A stretch of DNA of 61,857 nt, counting the filler, from Candidatus Woesearchaeota archaeon (GTDB lineage Archaea; Nanobdellota; Nanobdellia; Woesearchaeales; CAZJJJ01): the NCBI GenBank assembly GCA_046538795.1. It is 7 parts of 7 records of this genome, joined end to end, with 100 filler letters (N's around TTAATTAATTAA, not from the genome) between each part and the next. Parts side by side here need not be neighbours in the genome. Positions count along the whole stretch, not along the records: positions 45,940 to 53,861 come from JBKHIF010000058.1; positions 53,962 to 61,857 come from JBKHIF010000059.1; 5 more parts are not named here. The stretch is one strand, 5' to 3'. The notes beneath the pieces were generated by a model, which was not told where the DNA came from, searched no databases, and was given only the letters and a program-made list of their open reading frames with translations. Shown here piece by piece: positions 48,842 through 58,107 of this stretch; the first letter of the stretch is position 1, and each line of letters starts with the position of its first letter. The translations under genes were made by a program, and so were the position numbers.

Positions 48842-49036
48842 TCAACCTCCAGAGATCACAGAAAGTATCTTTATATCATCTGAATCATTAAGATCATAAT
48901 CATCAAAAACAATCTCATCATTGCAGGAAACTATTACATCTTCAGGAACAATACCTAACTTTTTCAGAAGATCTTTTACGCTTCCTGAAAAAGTTATTTT
49001 ATTTTCTTTATCTTCTTTTTCTATATAGATTTTCAT
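48842..49036 (-). CDS. Ubiquitin-like sulfur carrier (SAMP/ThiS/MoaD)
   Basis: 64 aa ending VISGG; adjacent to the thiolation enzyme. Confidence 0.9.
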   Translation of the reverse strand: MKIYIEKEDKENKITFSGSVKDLLKKLGIVPEDVIVSCNDEIVFDDYDLNDSDDIKILSVISGG

Positions 49037-49045
49037 TTTGGATCC

Positions 49046-49909
49046 TTATTTGATTTCGTCTAATTTATTGCTTATCTCTTTTTTATCCATGAAAATGAGC
49101 GGTGAAAAATTTACAAGAACAGTATCCAGATTTTTTTTATCTTCAAGCGTATGCCCTGTTACTATGGCATTTATCTTAAATCTTTTCTTTAGGTCATCCA
49201 GATCATCAAACTTATTGATCCTTTTTAGATCAAGTATTTCAGGAGAATATTTTTGGAGAATTGCCATTTGTTTTTCATGGTCTTTTTTGTCTTTTGCAAA
49301 AGGTATTATCTTGCATCCTCTTTTCATCATCATCCAGGATGCAAGAACAGATTTTTCATCTTCTATCAATGCAAAGAGCGCTCCTTCAACACCATAAGGA
49401 AGACCAGCATGTGCCCTTATTTTGTGATCTGATAAATATGCATTTTCATCTATTATCTCTATCATAAGTTCATAGTCAGGATCTTTAAGCCTTACTTTTT
49501 TTCCTGATTTTTCATGCACAAATTTTCCTATTTCATTTTCAACTTCGGGAGATAATTTTCTGAATTTTTTGTTAAGGCGCTGGCAGCTTATTCTGAACGA
49601 ATCTTTTTCTTTCATGTTAATTATGAATTTTTGAGACATTTTTTTGATTTTTTCCATCTCGAGATCGGCCTTCACAGCCCTGCTGTAAGAAGATATGCCA
49701 AAAACTTTTGTAAGATCCACTTCATCTTTTGACTCAAATATTACCCTTCCTCTGGGTCGTTTCACATTTTTTATAACTTTTTTCTGAAAATATGCCTGCC
49801 TCTTTATATTATCAATAAGCTTTCTTTCAAAAAAAGACCTGTTCTTTTTTTTGAGCGCAATCTCAGAATACCTTACAATGTATGAATCAAATTTTATTTC
49901 CATCATCAT
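49046..49909 (-). CDS. thiI: ThiI-like THUMP-domain protein with degenerate PP-loop domain
   Basis: IVRYSEIALKKKNR..FE, VFGISSYS, THUMP domain (SFRI..R..K), GLPYG, WMMMKRG; SGGIDS absent. Confidence 0.75.
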   Translation of the reverse strand: MMMEIKFDSYIVRYSEIALKKKNRSFFERKLIDNIKRQAYFQKKVIKNVKRPRGRVIFESKDEVDLTKVFGISSYSRAVKADLEMEKIKKMSQKFIINMKEKDSFRISCQRLNKKFRKLSPEVENEIGKFVHEKSGKKVRLKDPDYELMIEIIDENAYLSDHKIRAHAGLPYGVEGALFALIEDEKSVLASWMMMKRGCKIIPFAKDKKDHEKQMAILQKYSPEILDLKRINKFDDLDDLKKRFKINAIVTGHTLEDKKNLDTVLVNFSPLIFMDKKEISNKLDEIK

Positions 49910-49926
49910 GTTCAAGAAAAATGCGC

Positions 49927-50241
49927 TTATTTTATTTTTTTGTTTTTTTCTTTCTGGTTTTTTTTTGATATGCTTTTATTCCTGCTGTTTCTTTTTATTT
50001 CAGAAATAGTATATATGAAATTGATTATTGCAAGCGCAGATGCAAAAAGATTTAGTCCAACAAAGACAGGATCAGTTATCGCGATGCTGTAGAAAAGAAG
50101 CATTAGAGAGCCCAACATATATATTGATATGAACCTTATTTCAAGCCCTGTTGATTTTGTCTTTATTGTCCTTATAGTTTCAGGAATCCATGAGATGCCC
50201 AAAAGCAGCGCTCCGAGTATGCCCAAAATCCTGTCTATCAT
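49927..50241 (-). CDS. PQ-loop / SemiSWEET-like small transporter
   Basis: LGILGALLLGISWIPETIRTIKTKS; three TMs. Confidence 0.75.
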   Translation of the reverse strand: MIDRILGILGALLLGISWIPETIRTIKTKSTGLEIRFISIYMLGSLMLLFYSIAITDPVFVGLNLFASALAIINFIYTISEIKRNSRNKSISKKNQKEKNKKIK

Positions 50242-50347
50242 AAATCATCTTATGAACTACTCATTTAATAGTCTTTGGTATTTTGGAAAATCTAGATTTT
50301 CAAAATGTAGTGTTTTCGAGGATAAAACTCTCTTTAAAAAGAAAGGA

Positions 50348-50401
50348 TTTATAAATAGACCCTGATTATATCCTTTATAAAGCCTTATAAATGGTTATAA
50401 A
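50348..50401 (+). promoter_or_regulatory. tbp promoter (purine-rich BRE-like tract plus TTTATAAA) followed by three phased TTATAAA boxes
   Basis: TTTATAAA at 50348; TTATAAA at 50375, 50385 and 50395. Confidence 0.55.
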
Positions 50402-50414
50402 TGGGGGTTAGAAA

Positions 50415-50954
50415 ATGGCTGAGAAAAATATTGAAGTTGTAAACATTGTTGTTTCTACATCTCTTGAGCATGACATACCGCTTGAGAAAATGGCAGCTAC
50501 ACTTTCAAACACAGAATACAATCCAGAACAGTTTCCAGGCCTTGTAATAAGAATAAAAGACCCAAAGACATCTGCACTTATATTCAGTTCAGGAAAGGTC
50601 GTATGCACAGGTGCAAGATCACTTGACAAGGTTGAAGAATCAATAAAGAAGATTATAGAAAGTCTTGAGAAGATAGGTATAAAAATAACTATAAAACCTG
50701 AGATAACTATCCAAAACATTGTTGCATCAGGAAGTGTCGGAATGGATCTAAATCTGAACACGCTTGCACTTAAGCTTGAAAATACAGAATATGAACCTGA
50801 ACAGTTCCCTGGTCTTGTATACAAGCTAAATGCTGCAAAGGCTACATTCCTTCTTTTCAGCAACGGAAAAATCGTATGTACAGGAACCAAGTCAGAAGAT
50901 GAAGTTCACTCTGCATTAGATATGCTTATCGATAACCTAAAAAACCTTAAGTGA
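50415..50954 (+). CDS. tbp: TATA-box binding protein
   Basis: Two repeats of NIV(V/A)S..EY(N/E)PEQFPGLV..L(I/L)FS(S/N)GK(V/I)VCTG. Confidence 0.98.
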   Translation: MAEKNIEVVNIVVSTSLEHDIPLEKMAATLSNTEYNPEQFPGLVIRIKDPKTSALIFSSGKVVCTGARSLDKVEESIKKIIESLEKIGIKITIKPEITIQNIVASGSVGMDLNLNTLALKLENTEYEPEQFPGLVYKLNAAKATFLLFSNGKIVCTGTKSEDEVHSALDMLIDNLKNLK

Positions 50955-52169
50955 GGCTTTCTTATTTTTTTTTATTTCAAAATATTTCTTTGGTATTCTA
51001 TAATATTTGAACAGCATTAGAATTGTTATAGGAAGAAATACAAACCCAACAATCTGGATAGATTTGAGAATTCCTAATCCATCGACCATTATACCTATGA
51101 ATGGTCCAAAAAATGCCTTTATCATCCTTCCGAAAAAGCTTCCTGCAGAAAGTACTGTTGCTCGTTTATTCTCAAATGTGTGTTCTAGTATCTTATGTTT
51201 TATTATTGGTGAAAATGCTCCTCTGATAAACTGGTGTGCAAATATGAATGCTACACTAAATAATCCCAAAAAGAAAGGCATGGTAAAAAAAGGAAGCAAA
51301 AACAACACTGAAAAAAATATCCATAATCCTGATCTGCCAAAAAATGTTTCAATCTTATGCGATAATCTACCGGCTATTGCTGCAACTATATTATAGATCA
51401 AAAAAACAACTCCAAAAAATCTAAGTTCTATGCCAACCAAAGAAAAATAAGGCTGATATAGCCAAAGTATAAGATTCATCGAAGAAAGCAAAGCCCAGAA
51501 TCCTATATACCATCTGATAAGCTTGTGCTTTTTAAGAAAAATTATGCTTTCTTTCAGGATGCTCATATAGTGTGTTTTTTTAACATCAGTATAATGTCTG
51601 GGTTCTTTTGTAAACAATATAAGAACAAAAGTCACAAGTACGCTTAATGCTGTTGCATAGAAAGAATATTCAAAATGTACAGATGCAATAAAACCTCCAA
51701 AAAATGCTCCGGCGCCACATCCAATAAATCTTAATGATTCCGCTCTGCCTTCTATCCTTTTGAAATCATTTTCCCTGCCTACTGATTTCAATGAATTATA
51801 TAAGAAAGCAGAATCAGCCCCGCTCAAAAATGATATTCCTATGGCAAGTATTCCTTCTGCTATGAGAAATTGGATAAATGTATAGGATAAGGCATACATG
51901 ATAAATCCTGCAATCAAGCTTATTGCCGCTATCACCATAGTCAGTTTCTCTCCAAACCTGTCTGCAAAGGTTCCTGAAGGTATCTCAAGAAGTATCACAA
52001 ATACTGCGAAAAAGGATTCTATAATATAGATTTCAGTCATGCTAAGCCCACGAGATTGCCAAAACAAGACTACAACAGGTACGAAAAACCAAAACTCTCT
52101 GAAAAAAGAGATCAGTTTGTAAAGAAATATATTTCTGGAAATATCTGTCGAACCAGAATAATTTTTCAT
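50937..52169 (-). CDS. MFS transporter
   Basis: LEIPSGTFADRFGEK motif A, FLSGADSAFLY, RATVLS; about 12 TMs. Confidence 0.9.
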   Translation of the reverse strand: MKNYSGSTDISRNIFLYKLISFFREFWFFVPVVVLFWQSRGLSMTEIYIIESFFAVFVILLEIPSGTFADRFGEKLTMVIAAISLIAGFIMYALSYTFIQFLIAEGILAIGISFLSGADSAFLYNSLKSVGRENDFKRIEGRAESLRFIGCGAGAFFGGFIASVHFEYSFYATALSVLVTFVLILFTKEPRHYTDVKKTHYMSILKESIIFLKKHKLIRWYIGFWALLSSMNLILWLYQPYFSLVGIELRFFGVVFLIYNIVAAIAGRLSHKIETFFGRSGLWIFFSVLFLLPFFTMPFFLGLFSVAFIFAHQFIRGAFSPIIKHKILEHTFENKRATVLSAGSFFGRMIKAFFGPFIGIMVDGLGILKSIQIVGFVFLPITILMLFKYYRIPKKYFEIKKNKKASLKVF

Positions 52170-52251
52170 ATTATAACATAAGCAATCATTATAATTAAAC
52201 ATTTTGATTTTAAACATATTTTTTATATGTGTTTCCTCATTTTATAGAAAA

Positions 52252-52674
52252 ATGGCATATGAACTAAAAACAAAAAAGAATGATTCTGATGTGTCTGCAT
52301 TCATAGAAACACTTCCTGAAAAAAGGCAAAAAGATTGCAAAGAACTTGTCAAACTTATGAAAAAAATAACAAAAGAAGAACCAAAAATGTGGGGAAAGAG
52401 GATTGTCGGATTTGGCTCGTATCATTATAAGTATGCTTCAGGACAGGAAGGTAATTGGATGCTTATCGGTTTTTCTCCAAGAAATAATGATCTTTCTATC
52501 TACACTATGTGCGACATTAATACAGAACAATCTCTTCTTGATAAATTAGGAAAACATAAACATGGAAAATCATGCCTGTATATCAAAAGACTAAGTGATA
52601 TTGATAAAGATATTCTTCAAAAAATTCTTGAAAATTCTATTGAATATACATTAAAGACTTATGCAGTAAATTGA
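52252..52674 (+). CDS. DUF1801 (YdhG-like) protein
   Basis: PKMWG..IVGFGSYHYKYASGQEG, GFSPR, LGKHKHGKSCLYIKRLSDID. Confidence 0.9.
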   Translation: MAYELKTKKNDSDVSAFIETLPEKRQKDCKELVKLMKKITKEEPKMWGKRIVGFGSYHYKYASGQEGNWMLIGFSPRNNDLSIYTMCDINTEQSLLDKLGKHKHGKSCLYIKRLSDIDKDILQKILENSIEYTLKTYAVN

Positions 52675-52679
52675 TTATC

Positions 52680-53513
52680 CTATATGTCTTTAAGAAATTT
52701 TATCACAGCATAACTCCACCCTTTCGGCCCTATACCTTTTGCATGACTGAATTTTTCACTTGCATAAGATCCATCCTGTCTTTGAACCAAAAAAGAATCA
52801 TTGCATACTTTAAGCATAGGAAAGTCATTAGGTGAATCTCCCACCCCCAGAGAAAATATCTTTGTATACTCTGCTTCCATAAGCTCAAGAAGAATTTCTG
52901 TTGCTTTTCCCTTATCGCAGCCTTTGTTTATACCAATAAAAAATCCGCCTACTTTTGTATCAAATCCATATTCTTTAGCTTTTTTTATAAATGCAGAAAG
53001 TTTTTCTTTTGTCAGATCTGGTATCCTGCATCCATCAGCATAGTATTTTTTCAAAGAACGTCTTGCCATATCTATAGGAATATTCATGTATTCATTAAGC
53101 TCTTTCGGAGTGTGATCTGTATATATCTTAATCTCAAAATAAAGTCTATCCTGAATTTTTTTTAGGGTATTGTATGTTTCTTCATGAGGCACATTTAGTT
53201 CAATTATGTCATAGTCTTCTATTTCTTTTATGTTTCTTATTTTGTATTCTTTTTTCCAATTGTACTTTTTTAATTTAAACGAAAAATAATCTTTTGGCAC
53301 ATAAACAGCTGAGCCATTCTCTGATATGAAAGGATCTCTATTTTTTAGAATATCTGAAAAAAACTCTATTTCTGGAAAAGATTTTGATGTACAGAAACAA
53401 ACAGGTATCTGATTTTCTTTTGCTCTTTTGTAAGCATCTATGGAATCATCAAAAGAATAATCATCTGCACTTATGAAAGTTGCATCCATGTCTGTTATTA
53501 TTATATTTTTCAT
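52680..53513 (-). CDS. HAD-IIB mannosyl-3-phosphoglycerate phosphatase family protein
   Basis: ITDMDAT, CTSKS, PFISENG, DKGKA, GVGDSPNDFPML, GPKGW. Confidence 0.85.
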   Translation of the reverse strand: MKNIIITDMDATFISADDYSFDDSIDAYKRAKENQIPVCFCTSKSFPEIEFFSDILKNRDPFISENGSAVYVPKDYFSFKLKKYNWKKEYKIRNIKEIEDYDIIELNVPHEETYNTLKKIQDRLYFEIKIYTDHTPKELNEYMNIPIDMARRSLKKYYADGCRIPDLTKEKLSAFIKKAKEYGFDTKVGGFFIGINKGCDKGKATEILLELMEAEYTKIFSLGVGDSPNDFPMLKVCNDSFLVQRQDGSYASEKFSHAKGIGPKGWSYAVIKFLKDI

Positions 53514-53518
53514 AAATA

Positions 53519-53861
53519 TCACTTTTTTGAAAAAAAATCTATAAGATAACTGTTGTCAACTTCATAAGCTATAGGATTTTTCATGAGAGATCTGCCCTTG
53601 TCTATTACAGATATTAATCTTTCATAGTAGCCTTTAAGAGAAAATTGTTCTGATATTATTTTTTTATTGTTGTTTATTATATCTTTGTCGGGATCCATTA
53701 TATTTACAATAAGATTTTTTATTTCTGGCTGTTCTTTAATCTTATCAAAATAAGGATTATCAAGAATCTTAAGCTGTTCTTTGCAGGAATATTCTGGAAA
53801 ATCCTTATCATCTATTATCAATGAACCATAGAACCCTGGAAATCTTATTTCTTGATTTTCA
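53519..53861 (-). CDS. C-terminal fragment, possibly of a GT4-type glycosyltransferase (5' truncated)
   Basis: Frame open to the contig edge; IINNNKKIISEQFSLKGYYERL resembles GT-B C-termini; abuts the phosphatase gene. Confidence 0.4.
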
Positions 53862-53961
53862 NNNNNNNNNNNNNNNNNNNNNNNNNNNNNNNNNNNNNNN
53901 NNNNNTTAATTAATTAANNNNNNNNNNNNNNNNNNNNNNNNNNNNNNNNNNNNNNNNNNNN
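53862..53961. other. Artificial contig linker
   Basis: N run with TTAATTAATTAA. Confidence 0.99.
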
Positions 53962-54656
53962 AAAACCCTTTTCTTAAGATCAGCAACATTTTCTTCCTGG
54001 AAAGGATCTGCCAAGTGGGCAGGAAATGTTCCATCAAGCTCAAAATTCATCTTTACAAGTTCACATGAAAGATTGCCAAACAATTTTTCAAGATAAGGTG
54101 AACCCATGGCATTTGCAGTATCACATACGATCTTCATCTTCTTGATAGCATCAGGCTTCCCATGTTTCAGAGCAAACTCAACCTCTGAATCAAGTATTCC
54201 TTCTTTGTTTTCAACAGCACCCTCTTTTTGTGATTCAGGAAATTCTCCTGCCAAAGCCATTTCTTCTATAGTATTAATGCCGGTATCATAACCGACAGGA
54301 TATGCCTTTTCACCAACAATCTTAACACCATTATATTCCTTTGGATTGTGCGACGCAGAAACTTGCATTCCTCCATCAGCACCAAGAAAAGAAACCGCAT
54401 AATAAAAAGTAGGAGTGCTTGAAAGACCTATATCTATAACATCAACACCCTGTGTTGTTATCCCTTTTTTCAGGCTTTCAGAAAGTTCAGGAGATGAAAG
54501 CCTCATGTCTTTTCCAACAACAATTGTTATTTTGTCTTTAGATAATTTCTTTTTTAGTATCTCAGCATAAGCTCTTCCTATATTGAATATCAGTTCAGAA
54601 TCAAGCTGATTTGGATAAATTCCTCTTATATCATAAGCCTTAAAAATTCCTCCCAT
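53962..54656 (-). CDS. Phosphomannomutase/phosphoglucomutase (3' truncated)
   Basis: IFKAYDIRG, GKDMRLSS, SASHNPKEYNGVK, DGTFPAH. Confidence 0.93.
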
Positions 54657-54694
54657 GTTCTCACCCAAATTATTTTTTAAAATTCCTGTAGACC

Positions 54695-55534
54695 CTAGCC
54701 TTTTATATCTTTCCAATTGTCAAGAGCATATTCATATCTTTCATGAGTGTCAGTAGCATACCATTGGCCTGTAAAAGGGTAACCGATAAGCTTCCCCCTA
54801 CCTGCAATCTTAGGAAAGATATCTGTTTCAAGCATTGACTTTCCCTCAGGAATCATATCTATAACAGACATGTTCATTATATAGAAACCAGCATTCACAA
54901 GATTTGATCGCTTTGTTCCAGGTTCTGGCTTTTCTGTAAAATTAAGAATATGATCTCCCTGCATCTCTGCAACTCCAAAACATTCAGTATCGCTTAGCGT
55001 AGTAAGTGCAATAGTTGCCATCGCATTGTGTTCTTTATGAAAAAGCATCATATCTTCCACGTTTATATCTTTTAATTCATCAGCATTGCAGACAATGAAA
55101 TTTCCCTTGAGAAATGGTCGTGCAAGCCTTAAAGGTCCTGCTGTTCCCATAGGCTCATTCTCTTCTATATACTGTATCTTCATGCCAAATTTAGAACCAT
55201 CGCCAAAAAATTCTTTAATCTTATCACCAAGATAACCAATACTTAAGATAACATTTCTTATATGATATTTTTTCAGAAGATCAAATATGTGCTCAAGTAG
55301 AGTCTTGCCATGAACGGGAATAAGAGGCTTTGGTATTTCTCGTGTTATAGGCCTTAACCTTGTTCCTCTTCCTCCTGCAAGAATAAGCGCCTTGCTTGCA
55401 ATTGAATCTTCAAGAGCCTCCTTAAGAAGAACCTCGATTGCATGGCTCCTGTTTTTCACCTTAATGCCATCTACATAATGATCGACAATATTGATTATGT
55501 CCTTATCTATCGTTACTGTAAGTCTTTCTTTCAC
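54695..55534 (-). CDS. Ribbon-helix-helix domain fused to sugar-phosphate nucleotidyltransferase
   Basis: N-terminal KERLTVTIDKDIINIVD..NRSHAIEVLL; ILAGGRGTRLRPIT..PKPL, EPMGTAG, FTEKP, NAGFY. Confidence 0.9.
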   Translation of the reverse strand: MKERLTVTIDKDIINIVDHYVDGIKVKNRSHAIEVLLKEALEDSIASKALILAGGRGTRLRPITREIPKPLIPVHGKTLLEHIFDLLKKYHIRNVILSIGYLGDKIKEFFGDGSKFGMKIQYIEENEPMGTAGPLRLARPFLKGNFIVCNADELKDINVEDMMLFHKEHNAMATIALTTLSDTECFGVAEMQGDHILNFTEKPEPGTKRSNLVNAGFYIMNMSVIDMIPEGKSMLETDIFPKIAGRGKLIGYPFTGQWYATDTHERYEYALDNWKDIKG

Positions 55535-55652
55535 ATTAAAACCTCTCAGATAGATTATTCGGATGTTATTTTATTATATATATTTTATGAAACCTTCAAC
55601 TAAAACAAAGCCATCAAAAGATTAATAAACATGTTAAGATACTTCCAAAAAC

Positions 55653-56135
55653 ATGTTTCAGAACAAAAAGATCGGTGTCGTCATAAAAGGGGTCGTACAA
55701 AGCAAGAACGGTGAATTCCTTTTGGTGAAAAAAGGGGCAGACGATGCAGATTCAAAACTATGGGACCTTCCAGGAGGGATGATTGAGTTCGGTCAGAATC
55801 CTTATGCGGCTTTATATGGTCATGTGAAAAAGACAACAGGCCTTGAAGTAGATGTATTAAAACCAACAAATGTCTGGAGCCACATGAAAAAAGACACACA
55901 TCTAATAGGAATAACCTTCCTTTGCACTACAGACGATGATAAGATGCTTTCAAATTCTTCAGAAAAAAAACACAGCTGGGCTGATTCAAAGACCATACTA
56001 AATTCAAAAATCCCGAAATGGCTAAAAGACGAGATAAGGGTAGCACAGCTTGGAAAAGAAGAATCTATGCTTGACATAGAGTTGCCCGAAGAGAAAAGAT
56101 CGTTTGATAAACTCTATAAAAAATTCGGATTATAA
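55653..56135 (+). CDS. Nudix-fold protein with degenerate Nudix box
   Basis: FLLVKK..WDLPGGMIEFGQNPYAALYGHVKKTTGLEV. Confidence 0.75.
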   Translation: MFQNKKIGVVIKGVVQSKNGEFLLVKKGADDADSKLWDLPGGMIEFGQNPYAALYGHVKKTTGLEVDVLKPTNVWSHMKKDTHLIGITFLCTTDDDKMLSNSSEKKHSWADSKTILNSKIPKWLKDEIRVAQLGKEESMLDIELPEEKRSFDKLYKKFGL

Positions 56136-56159
56136 AAAATTAAAAAAATAATTTCTGTT

Positions 56160-57980
56160 CTATTCAACTGTAACTGATTTTGCAAGATTTCTTGGCTTAT
56201 CTACATCAATTCCTTTCAGGTCTGCGACATGATATGCAAGCATCTGGAGAGGAATCACATTAATTACAGAAGAAAGCTCATCAATAGTCCTTGGCACTAC
56301 AAGAATTTCATCAGCAAGGGTCCTTAGAGCAGGATCAGAATCATCATTTGTAATTGCAATTATTTTTCCACCACGTGCTTTTATCTCCTGCATATTGCTT
56401 AATATTTTCTCATAGGTATGATCTCTTGGAGCGATGAATACTACTGGCATGTTCTTGTCGATAAGAGCAATTGGCCCATGCTTCATCTCTGCAGCAGGAT
56501 ATCCTTCTGCATGTATATATGATATCTCTTTAAGTTTCAATGCTCCTTCAAGGGCAACAGGAAAGTTAAATCCTCTGCCAAGATATAGTATATTATTGAA
56601 ATCCTTGATTTTCTCTGCAACCTTTCTTACATTTTCAGATTGAGACAATACTTTATCTATATTTTCTGCAAGCTTTATGATCTCATCATGACAATACGAA
56701 GGCATGCAAAGACCCTTTTTCTCCTGCATCTCAAGCGAGAAAAGCAAAAGATCTACAACCTGTGTTGTAAACGCCTTTGTGCTTGCAACACCAATTTCTG
56801 GACCTGCATGAAGATACATTCCTGAATCAACCTCTCTTGCGATTGTTGAGCCTACAACATTCACTATACCAAATGTCTTTGCTCCTTTTCTCTTTGCTTC
56901 GCGTATGGCTTCAAGAGTGTCAGTAGTCTCTCCTGATTGTGATATCGCAATCACAAGATCATCAGAAGATATCATGGGATTTCTGTATCTGAATTCAGAG
57001 GCATAATCAACCTCTACAGGAATCTTGTTGATCTTTTCTATGATAAGTTTTCCAATAAGTGCCGAATGCCAGCTCGTTCCGCAGGCAGTTATGATTATCC
57101 GTTTTACATTTTCCAAATCTATATCTAAATCAAGTTTCACCTTCTGGTCCCTTAATCTACCCTTCAGAGTATTCGATATAGAATAAGGCTGTTCAAATAT
57201 TTCTTTGAGCATAAAATGCTTATATCCCTTTTTTTCGATTTCCTCAAGATCCCATTTAATATCATGTATGGCCTTATCCTTATTGTTACCCTTTATATCC
57301 ATGACATCATATCCATCAGGCCTAACTGATGCGACTTCCCCATCATCAAGGTAGATAACTTTTCTAGTATGCTCAAGAACAGCAGAAACATCTGACGCGA
57401 CAAACATCTCGCTTTCTCCTATTCCAAGTATGAGCGGAGAACCTTTTCTTGCAACCACGATCTCATCATCTTTCCTGCTCATAACGGCTATTCCAAAAGT
57501 ACCTTCGAGAAGCTCTACGGCCTTTGCGACTGCATCTTTCAGGTTTTCAGAATAAAATCTTTTGATTAGATGTACAATAACTTCTGAATCAGTCTCAGTT
57601 TTCATGGAAAATCCTTCACGCATCAAAAGTGTGCGCAGAGCATCATGATTCTCGATAATACCATTGTGTACGATTGCAAAGTCAATATCTTCATCTGTAT
57701 GCGGATGAGCATTGATTTCATTTGGTTCTCCATGAGTAGCCCACCTTGTGTGAGCTATTCCTATTCCACCATGATTCTTTACAGATGAACTAAAATCAGA
57801 TATATCTTCCTCCACTTCAGAAATTTTTCCCTTTTTTTTAAGAAGATTAAGCCTGCCTTCAGCTGACACACAGATCCCATAACTATCATATCCCCTGTAC
57901 TCAAGCCTTTTTAATCCTCTTACTAAAAGATCGGTGATTTTAGCATCTTTTTTTCCCGCATATCCAATTATTCCGCACAT
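56160..57980 (-). CDS. glmS: Glutamine--fructose-6-phosphate transaminase
   Basis: MCGIIG, LEYRGYDS, HTRWATHG, SQSGET, VASTKAF, LKLKEISYIHAEG, PRNLAKSVTVE. Confidence 0.98.
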   Translation of the reverse strand: MCGIIGYAGKKDAKITDLLVRGLKRLEYRGYDSYGICVSAEGRLNLLKKKGKISEVEEDISDFSSSVKNHGGIGIAHTRWATHGEPNEINAHPHTDEDIDFAIVHNGIIENHDALRTLLMREGFSMKTETDSEVIVHLIKRFYSENLKDAVAKAVELLEGTFGIAVMSRKDDEIVVARKGSPLILGIGESEMFVASDVSAVLEHTRKVIYLDDGEVASVRPDGYDVMDIKGNNKDKAIHDIKWDLEEIEKKGYKHFMLKEIFEQPYSISNTLKGRLRDQKVKLDLDIDLENVKRIIITACGTSWHSALIGKLIIEKINKIPVEVDYASEFRYRNPMISSDDLVIAISQSGETTDTLEAIREAKRKGAKTFGIVNVVGSTIAREVDSGMYLHAGPEIGVASTKAFTTQVVDLLLFSLEMQEKKGLCMPSYCHDEIIKLAENIDKVLSQSENVRKVAEKIKDFNNILYLGRGFNFPVALEGALKLKEISYIHAEGYPAAEMKHGPIALIDKNMPVVFIAPRDHTYEKILSNMQEIKARGGKIIAITNDDSDPALRTLADEILVVPRTIDELSSVINVIPLQMLAYHVADLKGIDVDKPRNLAKSVTVE

Positions 57981-58107
57981 GTTTTTCAGAAAAAGTCAGT
58001 TTTATTAAAAAACTATTCTTTTACCTGGACAAAATCAAAATTTCTATTCGTGATTTTTTTTAACATTCAAGATAATGATTATAAATGGACATTTGCTGTT
58101 ATATTTG

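Noticed and set aside
50408..50890. Long antisense ORFs opposite tbp, aglB, leuS, glyS, the MFS gene and others
   Set aside because: Shadow frames of well-supported genes, with no motifs of their own.
9747..53961. Six identical TTAATTAATTAA motifs inside N runs, and ORFs that cross them
   Set aside because: Artificial contig-joining linkers; cross-linker ORFs and gene adjacency are not biological.
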